Assembly (NCBI GenBank): GCA_021300535.1
Contig: JAJTED010000014.1
Coordinates: 15,234-79,233, forward strand
Origin: Planctomycetaceae bacterium
GTDB lineage: Bacteria; Planctomycetota; Planctomycetia; Pirellulales; UBA1268
Direction: 5' to 3'
Length of the DNA: 64,000 nucleotides
Of the stretch, positions 27,794 through 35,102 are shown in pieces. The notes below the pieces were generated by a model. The model was not told the DNA's origin and did not search any database. It saw nothing but the letters and a program-made list of their open reading frames with translations. Both the position numbers and the translations under genes were made by a program. The number at the start of each line of letters is the position of its first letter. The stretch's first letter is position 1.

Positions 27794-28851
27794 CCGACTC
27801 GGTCCTGTTCTGGGCGGCATGGTTCGCAGCCGCGGTCGTCGGGGCAGCCGCCATGACGTCGCGGCTGGTCGCATGGGCCGGGGCGCTCGGCGTGGTCGAC
27901 CGCCCCAACGCCCGCTCGAGCCACACAAACGTCACGCCCCGTGGCGGCGGGCTGGCGATCGTAGCCGTGACGGTGCTGGCCGCCGCGGTCGCGGCCGTGC
28001 TCTATCCCTCCGCGGCCGTGCGGCTCGCCGCGACCGTGATTCCGGCCGTGGTGATCGCCGCCGTGAGCTGGATCGATGATGTCCGCACGCTGAAAAACCG
28101 CGTCCGCTTCTCGGTGCACCTGGCGGCGGCAGCCGCCGCCGTCTTCGTTCTCGGCCCCGTACATTCCGTCGATCTCGGATCCTTTGGGAGCATCGACCTC
28201 GGGGCCGCCGCCTGGCCGCTCACGATGCTATGGATCGTCGGCCTGACCAACGCCTTCAACTTCATGGACGGGATCGACGGGATCGCCGGGATCACGGCGG
28301 CCGCAGCGGGTGCCGGGCTGGCCGCCGCGGCCTGGCTGCTCGGCGGCCCGGCCATCGCCGCGGTCGCCTTGGCCTTCACGGGAGCGGCGCTGGGGTTTCT
28401 GTCGCAGAACTGGCCGCCGGCCCGGATCTTCATGGGCGACGTGGGCAGCGCGTTCTGCGGGTTTCTGATCGCGGTGCTGCCGTTGGCCATACCCGCGGCC
28501 GACGTGCCGCGAATCGTGCCGGTCGCCGTGCTGGCGATGTGGCCCTTCATCTTCGACACGCTGTTCACGCTCGTGCGTCGGCTGCGGCGCGGTGAAAACA
28601 TTTTCCAGGCCCACCGCAGCCACCTCTATCAGCGGCTGGTGATCGCCGGCTGGTCGCACCGGGCCACGTCGAGCCTCTACGGCGCGTTGGCCGCGATGGC
28701 GGCGGCGATCGCGATCACGCCGCTCTTGAACCCGGCGCTCCGGGTGACGGCCGATCGCGCCGCCGCGGCGCTGGTCGGCGGCTGCAGCCTGTTCCTCGTC
28801 GGCCTGGCGATCTTCGCCGAGCGATGGCGTCCTTCTACGCCCGCTTCCTGA
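27790..28851 (+). CDS. WecA/WbpL-like polyprenyl-phosphate HexNAc-1-P transferase (MraY/GT4 family)
   Basis: Multi-TM protein with NAFNFMDGIDG and FMGDVGS motifs. The likely TTG start at 27790 overlaps the upstream stop; the track start is 27757. Confidence 0.8.
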   Translation: MTDSVLFWAAWFAAAVVGAAAMTSRLVAWAGALGVVDRPNARSSHTNVTPRGGGLAIVAVTVLAAAVAAVLYPSAAVRLAATVIPAVVIAAVSWIDDVRTLKNRVRFSVHLAAAAAAVFVLGPVHSVDLGSFGSIDLGAAAWPLTMLWIVGLTNAFNFMDGIDGIAGITAAAAGAGLAAAAWLLGGPAIAAVALAFTGAALGFLSQNWPPARIFMGDVGSAFCGFLIAVLPLAIPAADVPRIVPVAVLAMWPFIFDTLFTLVRRLRRGENIFQAHRSHLYQRLVIAGWSHRATSSLYGALAAMAAAIAITPLLNPALRVTADRAAAALVGGCSLFLVGLAIFAERWRPSTPAS

Positions 28852-29456
28852 AGCGGGGCTGCGATCTGGTGGCGGCTGTGGTGCTCACCGTCGTGCTGCT
28901 GCCGGCGATGGCGGTCGTCGCCGTGGCCGTGTGGCTCGCGCTCGGGCTGCCGATCCTCCATCGCGACGAACGGGCCGGGCTCGCCGGCCGTACCATCCGG
29001 ATCGCGAAGTTTCGCTCCATGACCAACGCCACCGGCCCCGACGGCCGGCTCCTGCCCGACTCCGCCCGCCTCGGTCCCTTCGGCAGGTTCCTGCGGCGGA
29101 CGAGCCTCGATGAATTGCCGCAGCTTTTCAGTGTGCTCTGCGGCGACATGAGCCTTGTCGGCCCCCGGCCGCTGCCGCTTCGCTACGTGCCGCGGTATTC
29201 TTCTCGCCAGGCCATCCGGCTGGAGGTCCGGCCAGGGCTCACCGGCTGGGCCCAGATTCACGGCCGCAACGCCGTGGATTGGCCGGAACGGCTGGAACTC
29301 GACGCCCGCTACGTGGAAATGCTGGCCCGGCCCACGGCCCCGCTGACCGATCTCTGGATCGTGGGCGTGACGGCGTTTCAAATACTCCTCCAGGCGGTGA
29401 CCGGCCGCGGGATCACCGCGCCGGGAGCCGCCACGATGCACGAGTTCGCCCCATGA
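28824..29456 (+). CDS. PglC/WbaP-C-type monotopic phosphoglycosyl (sugar) transferase
   Basis: 210 aa with KRGCDLV, RTSLDELPQL, DMSLVGPRP and RPGLTGWAQ motifs. Confidence 0.85.
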   Translation: MASFYARFLKRGCDLVAAVVLTVVLLPAMAVVAVAVWLALGLPILHRDERAGLAGRTIRIAKFRSMTNATGPDGRLLPDSARLGPFGRFLRRTSLDELPQLFSVLCGDMSLVGPRPLPLRYVPRYSSRQAIRLEVRPGLTGWAQIHGRNAVDWPERLELDARYVEMLARPTAPLTDLWIVGVTAFQILLQAVTGRGITAPGAATMHEFAP

Positions 29457-29767
29457 CTTCCCCGCAGCCGTCCGTGGCCGACGCCATCGCATCCGCGATC
29501 CGCACCGTGCTTCATGACACGGGCCGCGACGCCAAGGCCGTTGAGCCTACGATGCTCCTGGCCGCCGACCTCGGGCTCGACTCCCTCGACCTCGCCCAAA
29601 CGATCGTGCTCCTGGAGCGGTCGCTGGGCATCGACCCATTCCGCCAAGCTCCTGCCGCCGGCGGCCGGCCCGCCATCCGCACCGTCGCCGACCTGATCAC
29701 CATCTACACCTCCGCCCTCCCCTCTCCTTCTCCCCCTCCCTCTCCCTCTGGGAGAGGGCCGGGGTGA
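29453..29767 (+). CDS. acyl carrier protein
   Basis: 104 aa with phosphopantetheine site DLGLDSLD. ATGA overlap with the upstream stop. The C-terminal tail and stop codon lie inside a family-3 element. Confidence 0.75.
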   Translation: MTSPQPSVADAIASAIRTVLHDTGRDAKAVEPTMLLAADLGLDSLDLAQTIVLLERSLGIDPFRQAPAAGGRPAIRTVADLITIYTSALPSPSPPPSPSGRGPG

Positions 29768-29776
29768 GGGTGCCCC
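29736..29776 (+). repeat. family-3 palindromic element at the 3' end of the ACP gene
   Basis: Identical 41-mer CTCCCTCTCCCTCTGGGAGAGGGCCGGGGTGAGGGTGCCCC. Read here in its only stop-containing frame (TGA at 29765-29767). Confidence 0.75.
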
Positions 29777-29789
29777 CCACCACCAACCC

Positions 29790-31154
29790 ATGACCTCAAC
29801 CCCCACCATTCCCGACGCTTCCGTCGAAGACCGTCTCGCCTTCGCGATCACCGAGATCGCCCGCCAATCGCCCGACCGCGCGGCGATCGTCGCCGCCGCC
29901 GGCTCCCCGAGCCGCCGCGGGATCGACTATGCCGCGCTGGCCGCGGCCGTGGAAAAACTCGAGGCCGCGCTCGACGCCCACCGCCCCGTGGGCGTGGTCG
30001 CCCGCGCCATCCGCGTGGAATCGCTCGTGGCGATCGCCGCGGCCTGCGGCCGCCAGCACGTGCCCGTGGCGTTTCTCGCCGAAGACTCCCGCGACCTGGT
30101 CGGCGAACTCCGCGACTGGGTCACGCTCGACGATTCGCTCGTGCTTCCCGAATCAGCCAGCCGCGGCCCGCGGCGCGAGTTTACCGCGATTCCGGCCCAA
30201 GTTGTCGTGGCCACCTCCGGCACGAGCGGCCCGCCGAAGATCGTGCAGCACTCCTGGGATTCGGTGCTCGCCGCGGCCCGCCTCGCCGAGCAGTGGCACG
30301 GCCTGGCCTGGCTGCTGGTCTACGACGCAACCCGGTGGGCCGGCATCCAGGTGTGGATGCAGGCGCTGCTGACTGGCGGCACGCTCGTCGTGCCCGCGTC
30401 GCGCGATCCCGACGTCGTCGCCGCGGCGCTGGTCGCCGAGAAGGTGGCCGTCCTGCCGGCCACGCCCACCCTCCTGCGGCGGCTGCTGACATCGGCCGAC
30501 CGCAGCCATCTCGCCCAGGCGGCTCCGGCCCGGATCACGCTCGGTGGCGAAGCGGCCGATGGCCAGCTGCTGGCCGACGCGAAGGCGCTGTTTCCGCAGG
30601 CCAAGATCACGCAGGTCTACGCGACCACGGAGCTGGGCGAGGTGTTTCGGGTGGCCGACGGCCGGCCGGGCTTTCCCGCGGCCTGGCTGGGCAAGTCGCT
30701 GCCCGGTGGGGTGCGGCTCACGACCCGCCGCGACGGCGAGCTGCTCGTGCAACTCTCGCGCGACACAGCGGACGTGGGCACCGGCGACCTGGTCGAGCGG
30801 CGTGGCGACCGCTTCGAGTTCACGGGCCGCCGCAGCGACGTGATCGTGGTGGGGGGCGCGAAGGTGTTTCCGAAGCGGGTGGAGGAGATCCTGCGGCGGG
30901 TGCCGGGTGTGGCCGAGGCCCGCGTCTACGGTCTCCCCAGCGCCATCACCGGCGAACTGGTGGCCGCGGAGATCGTGCTCGCCGACCCGCTTCCTGAAGC
31001 GACCGCGCCCGACCAGGTCCGCACGGCCGCCCTGGCGATCTGCCGCGAATCGCTCGAGCCGCAGAGCGTGCCCCGCGTGCTCGACATCGTGAAGCAGATC
31101 GCCACCACCGCCGCCGGCAAAACCCCCCGCCGCCCCGCCCCCGTCCATCCGTGA
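29790..31154 (+). CDS. acyl-AMP/acyl-CoA ligase (ANL adenylating enzyme)
   Basis: 454 aa with motifs ATSGTSGPPKIV, YATTELGEV, GDLV and GRRSDVIVVGGAKVFP. Confidence 0.8.
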   Translation: MTSTPTIPDASVEDRLAFAITEIARQSPDRAAIVAAAGSPSRRGIDYAALAAAVEKLEAALDAHRPVGVVARAIRVESLVAIAAACGRQHVPVAFLAEDSRDLVGELRDWVTLDDSLVLPESASRGPRREFTAIPAQVVVATSGTSGPPKIVQHSWDSVLAAARLAEQWHGLAWLLVYDATRWAGIQVWMQALLTGGTLVVPASRDPDVVAAALVAEKVAVLPATPTLLRRLLTSADRSHLAQAAPARITLGGEAADGQLLADAKALFPQAKITQVYATTELGEVFRVADGRPGFPAAWLGKSLPGGVRLTTRRDGELLVQLSRDTADVGTGDLVERRGDRFEFTGRRSDVIVVGGAKVFPKRVEEILRRVPGVAEARVYGLPSAITGELVAAEIVLADPLPEATAPDQVRTAALAICRESLEPQSVPRVLDIVKQIATTAAGKTPRRPAPVHP

Positions 31155-31168
31155 CCGGTAATGTCTCG

Positions 31169-31197
31169 CCCCTGTAGCGGCGGTCTCTGACCGTCGT
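31169..31197 (+). repeat. hairpin element CCCCTGTAGCGGCGGTCTCTGACCGTCGT, left copy
   Basis: Perfect 29 bp direct repeat with 31659-31687. The core is an imperfect 8 bp palindrome (CGGCGGTC tct GACCGTCG, one mismatch). Confidence 0.8.
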
Positions 31198-31344
31198 GCC
31201 TCTCCCTTTAGCGTCACCTCGCCGTGCCTCATGCCCGATTGCCGGGAAGCCCGAAGCGCGAGCTGAGGGAATACGCGTCAATCCGCCGACCGCCGTTCCG
31301 GTCGCGTCTCGATTCTTCGCCACTCCACCGCGTAAAATCCGTCA

Positions 31345-31593
31345 ATGCTGACCGAATATCTCCACGCCGCCGCCGCTCACGCCCGCTACGAAATCCTCCC
31401 GGAGGACCTTGATTTCTACGGTGAGATTCCGCCCTGTCCTGGCGTGCATGCGACCGGCTCGACCTTGGAAGCGTGTCGCAACGAACTGCTGTCGGCTCTG
31501 GAAGACTGGATTCTCTTTCGGATTCATCGCCACCTGCCATTGCCAGTGATCGATGGCGTCGATCTGACGGTCAAGGCGGAAGCGTCGTCCTGA
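31345..31593 (+). CDS. hicB: HicB-family antitoxin
   Basis: 82 aa with YEILPEDLDFYGEIPPCPGVHATGSTLEACRNELLSALEDWI, the UPF0150/HicB pattern. Confidence 0.68.
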   Translation: MLTEYLHAAAAHARYEILPEDLDFYGEIPPCPGVHATGSTLEACRNELLSALEDWILFRIHRHLPLPVIDGVDLTVKAEASS

Positions 31594-31680
31594 ATGCCTG
31601 TCTTCGGCCCAGTGTCACGCCGGGTCGTAATCTCCCTCGTCTCTGACCGTCGTTCCTCCCCCTGTAGCGGCGGTCTCTGA
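31594..31680 (+). pseudogene. possible truncated hicA remnant
   Basis: MPVFGPVSRRVVISL resembles a HicA N-terminus (MP..P.VS.revi.aL). It then runs into hairpin-element copies and a stop. Confidence 0.3.
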
Positions 31681-31687
31681 CCGTCGT
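31659..31687 (+). repeat. hairpin element CCCCTGTAGCGGCGGTCTCTGACCGTCGT, right copy
   Basis: Identical to 31169-31197. An additional partial copy lies at 31638-31653. Confidence 0.8.
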
Positions 31688-31690
31688 TCT

Positions 31691-32491
31691 GTGCGTTCCG
31701 TGATCTCGCTCATCTCCGGCGGCTCGCGTGGCCTCGGCCTGGCGATCGTCGAGCGGCTGCTCGCCCGCGGCGATCGCGTGGCCACGTTCTCCCGCTCGGG
31801 CTCGCCGGCCCTCGCCGCACTCGCCGCGGCGCACCCCGATCGGCTGCACGCCGAATCTCTCGACGGCAGCGACTCGGCCGCGGTGATCGGCTTCGTGGGC
31901 CGGGTCGTGGAGCGGTTCGGCGGCCTCGATCACTGCATCGCGAATGCGGCGATCGCCCACGAGGGCGTGCTGGCGACGATGCGTGACGACGAGATCGACT
32001 CGCTGCTCACGGTGAACGTAAAAGCCTCGATCGTGCTCGTCCGCGAGTGCCTCCGCCAGATGCTCGCCCGCTCCCCGGCCCCCAGAAGCGAGCCGAAACA
32101 CTCCCCTCTCCCTCTGGGAGAGGGTGGCCGAAGGCCGGGTGAGGGTGCCCCGCCCGCCTCCATCACCGTCATCTCCTCGATCGTCGCCTCCCGCGGCTCC
32201 CCCGGCCTCGCCGTCTACGCCGCCACGAAAGCCGCGCTCGAAGGCTTCGCCCGCAGCCTCGCCCGCGAGGTGGGCCTGCGCGGTATCCGCGTCAACGCGA
32301 TTGCCCCCGGCTTTCTGGAAACCGACCTTTCGGCAACGCTCTCCGCCGACAACCGAGCCCGCCTCGCCCGCCGCACGGCCCTGGGCCGGCTCGGCACCAC
32401 CGCCGACGTCGTCGGCGCCCTCGAGTTCTTAACCAGTCCCCGCGCTGCCTTCATCACCGGCCAAGTGCTCACGATCGACGGCGGCAACTGA
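31691..32491 (+). CDS. SDR-family oxidoreductase (FabG-like ketoreductase)
   Basis: GTG start. Motifs ISGGSRGLG, NAAI, YAATKAAL and NAIAPGF. A roughly 28-codon insertion carries a family-3 element. Confidence 0.85.
   Translation: MRSVISLISGGSRGLGLAIVERLLARGDRVATFSRSGSPALAALAAAHPDRLHAESLDGSDSAAVIGFVGRVVERFGGLDHCIANAAIAHEGVLATMRDDEIDSLLTVNVKASIVLVRECLRQMLARSPAPRSEPKHSPLPLGEGGRRPGEGAPPASITVISSIVASRGSPGLAVYAATKAALEGFARSLAREVGLRGIRVNAIAPGFLETDLSATLSADNRARLARRTALGRLGTTADVVGALEFLTSPRAAFITGQVLTIDGGN
32101..32151 (+). repeat. family-3 palindromic element inside the SDR CDS
   Basis: CTCCCCTCTCCCTCTGGGAGAGGGtggccgaagGCCGGGTGAGGGTGCCCC, translated as SPLPLGEGGRRPGEGAP. Confidence 0.72.
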
Positions 32492-32506
32492 TCTGGATTG
32501 CAGTGC

Positions 32507-32821
32507 TCAGTAAACCTCGTCGTGCGTGCCCACGGTCAGGAGCACGATTGTTTCTGCATAAAGCCCGGCAATCTCTTTGGGTTCCCCCACCTCAAACACG
32601 ATTCTCAGGCTGTAATTCACGCTGCATGACCAGCACCCGGTGAGATCGCCTCTCAATCGATGCGATCGCAACGCGGGGTCAAACATGTCGGATCGAAGAA
32701 CAGCTACCGTCTGTAAATTTTGATCGGCCAGTGCCGCGTCTCGCTTGGCCGCTCGTTTTGCAGCCCGCCGAAAACCGCTCGTAACATAAATGTGACGAAC
32801 CGTGCCGCCCCCAGCCATCAT
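32507..32821 (-). CDS. RelE/YafQ-family type II toxin
   Basis: 104 aa with HRLRGDLTGCWSCSVNYSLRIVFEV...VLLTVGTHDEVY. ATGA overlap with the upstream small gene. Confidence 0.68.
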   Translation of the reverse strand: MMAGGGTVRHIYVTSGFRRAAKRAAKRDAALADQNLQTVAVLRSDMFDPALRSHRLRGDLTGCWSCSVNYSLRIVFEVGEPKEIAGLYAETIVLLTVGTHDEVY

Positions 32822-33033
32822 TTCCGCAAATCCCGTGCGAGATCATCGATATCGAGCAGAGTTGCCCTTCCTTGAGCCATCTCGTTTCGTCCCTCCAGAA
32901 CGTCTGAAACGATCTGTCGTCGCCCTTGCTCCGCAAGTCGTCGCTGTATCAAGTTCATTAGTTCTTTCTGGTCGTCCGCGCACAGGCTATCCACAGCCTC
33001 AACGACTTCGTCGAATGCCATCTTGCGAATCAT
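32818..33033 (-). CDS. putative cognate antitoxin
   Basis: 71 aa acidic/helical ORF, translationally coupled to the toxin. The family is not recognised. Confidence 0.5.
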   Translation of the reverse strand: MIRKMAFDEVVEAVDSLCADDQKELMNLIQRRLAEQGRRQIVSDVLEGRNEMAQGRATLLDIDDLARDLRK

Positions 33034-33131
33034 GTTCGCCTCCAGTCTCGGCTATGGTGTTCCAAACAGGCTACTTGCACCAACACCCAACAGTGTACAT
33101 CAGTCTATGCGCCTCGGCAACGCGATCACGT

Positions 33132-33365
33132 TCATCCCGTCGCCCGCAGCACGGATTGCTGCACCGTGTCAGGCACATCGATGGAGATAAACCAAGCTGA
33201 TGGATAGAGATAGTCCTCGCCCGTCTCATCGATGATGCGCAGGTCGCCATCGGCAGCGGCATCTGCATCTTCGATCACGGCGTAAATCTTGTTGCGGTGG
33301 AGCGACGTCTCGTATCCCTCGTTCGCTACGCACACAGCGAATTTGTTTCCGGGCAACGCGTTCAT
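33132..33365 (-). CDS. conserved small protein of unknown function (second gene of a two-gene cassette)
   Basis: 77 aa from ATG 33365: FAVCVANEGYETSLHRNKIYAVIEDADAAADGDLRIIDETGEDYLYP. Confidence 0.5.
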   Translation of the reverse strand: MNALPGNKFAVCVANEGYETSLHRNKIYAVIEDADAAADGDLRIIDETGEDYLYPSAWFISIDVPDTVQQSVLRATG

Positions 33366-33601
33366 CGCAAATACCTCTTGCGCTTCATTTCGACACGGCC
33401 GATGCCATGCGCTTCGTACCAGTGCAATTCCGCCAATCGCAGCCTGCCGCTCGGCAAACGTACGAGAGCGACACCTTTCATCTTCCGCCACCGTCCTGGC
33501 CCGTGCAACTTGATCAAGTGCACTCGGCAGCGGATCCTCGCCCCTCCAGCAATGACCGCAACGTCTTGAATGGAACCGACAACCGCAAAGGAATCAGGCA
33601 T
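33362..33601 (-). CDS. conserved small protein of unknown function (first gene of the cassette)
   Basis: 79 aa from ATG 33601: GPGRWRKMKGVALVRLPSGRLRLAELHWYEAHGIGRVEMK. ATGA overlap with the downstream gene. Confidence 0.5.
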   Translation of the reverse strand: MPDSFAVVGSIQDVAVIAGGARIRCRVHLIKLHGPGRWRKMKGVALVRLPSGRLRLAELHWYEAHGIGRVEMKRKRYLR

Positions 33602-33726
33602 GGAGCGCCACTCCGGAGAGGCAGCAGTATACGGGCGTACACTTTTTCGTAAACCCGGCTGCTTGACAACAAACCAATCCGGAAACAAATCCATTCTAGT
33701 CGCACTAAAATGGAGCAGGCTCCCGA

Positions 33727-34914
33727 ATGGCAGAGGCGTGGACACGACTCTTGTCGCTCGAGTTGCCGCGCAGTCAGTCCGCCTTCCTCTGGGGAGCCCG
33801 CAAGACCGGCAAATCGACGCTGCTGCGGACGGCCTTTCCGCAGAGCATCACGTACGACTTTTTGAAGACCGATCTTGCCCTGTCGTTTGGGGCCAGGCCG
33901 GCCCTGCTGCGGGAGCAGCTTCTGGCCCGGTCAGCGGCCGAGCTGGATAGCCCGATCATCCTCGACGAGGTGCAGAAGGTACCCGGCGTTCTCGACGAGG
34001 TGCACTGGCTGATCGAGAACCGGGGGCTGCGGTTCATCCTCTGCGGGTCGAGCGCCCGCAAGCTGAAACGCGGGCGAGCCAACCTGCTCGGGGGCCGCGC
34101 ATGGCGGTTCGAGATGTTTCCGTTGGTAACGGCCGAGTTTCCCGCAGCCGACCGGCCGCACGGCCGTTTCGACCTCCTGCGGGCGTTGAACCACGGCTTG
34201 CTGCCCTCCCATTACCTCTCTTCGCACCCGCGGCGGTCCTTGGAGGCCTATGTCCGCGACTACCTCAAGGAAGAGGTCTTCGACGCAGGGCTCACGCGGA
34301 ACGTGCCGGCATTCTCGCGATTCTTCGAGGCGGTCGGCTATTCGCACGGCGAACTCGTGAACTACGCGAACATCGCCCGCGACTGCGGGGTGGACGCCAA
34401 GACAGTCAAGGAATACTTCCAGATCCTCTGCGACACACTCCTCGGCCGGCTCGTGCCGCCGTACAAAAAACGACAAGAGCGGCAGGTCATCAGCAAGGCG
34501 CCCAAGTTCTATCTCTTCGACGTGGGCGTCGCCGGCGGGCTCACGAAACGGCATCTCGCGGAGCCACGCGGGGAGCAGTTTGGCCGGGCGCTCGAGCACC
34601 TCGTGTTCATGGAGCTCGCCGCCCATGCCTCGTATCGGGAACTGGGTTACGACATCTGCTTTTGGAGGACCAAGGCCGGGGCCGAGGTAGATTTCGTGCT
34701 GGGGCGAGGGGAGGTCGCGATCGAGGTGAAGGGCACATCCCGCGTCGATGATCGGGATCTGCGGTCGCTCGCGCTCTTCCGTGAGACCCATCGCCCCCGG
34801 CTTGCAGTCGTGGTCTGCAACGAGCCCGAGGAGCGCGTCGTCGCCGGGGTTCGCATCCTGCCCTGGCGGCTCTTTTTCCAGGAACTCTGGAACGGCCGCA
34901 TCATGGGCAGCTGA
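33727..34914 (+). CDS. AAA-family ATPase with DUF4143-like C-terminal domain
   Basis: 395 aa with Walker A GARKTGKST and Walker B PIILDEVQ. The architecture matches AAA_14 + DUF4143. Confidence 0.8.
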   Translation: MAEAWTRLLSLELPRSQSAFLWGARKTGKSTLLRTAFPQSITYDFLKTDLALSFGARPALLREQLLARSAAELDSPIILDEVQKVPGVLDEVHWLIENRGLRFILCGSSARKLKRGRANLLGGRAWRFEMFPLVTAEFPAADRPHGRFDLLRALNHGLLPSHYLSSHPRRSLEAYVRDYLKEEVFDAGLTRNVPAFSRFFEAVGYSHGELVNYANIARDCGVDAKTVKEYFQILCDTLLGRLVPPYKKRQERQVISKAPKFYLFDVGVAGGLTKRHLAEPRGEQFGRALEHLVFMELAAHASYRELGYDICFWRTKAGAEVDFVLGRGEVAIEVKGTSRVDDRDLRSLALFRETHRPRLAVVVCNEPEERVVAGVRILPWRLFFQELWNGRIMGS

Positions 34915-34955
34915 CCAACCTGTCGCCCGCCGCACGGATTGCTGGACCGCCCCCC

Positions 34956-34982
34956 GTGGCGCACACCTCCAGCCGTGCGAAT
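34956..34982 (+). repeat. solitary degenerate family-2 REP arm
   Basis: GTGGCGCACACCTCCAGCCGTGCGAAT; two mismatches to the 18304 arm break its internal palindrome. Confidence 0.5.
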
Positions 34983-35102
34983 CCGCGCCGATGCCGTCAT
35001 AACGCCTAACCCCCGCGAAAACCGCACCGCCGCCCCCCATGCCGCTCGAAAAATCCTTACCGCCCCGCGAAGAACTTCCGCAAACTTGCGGTAACATGAG
35101 AA

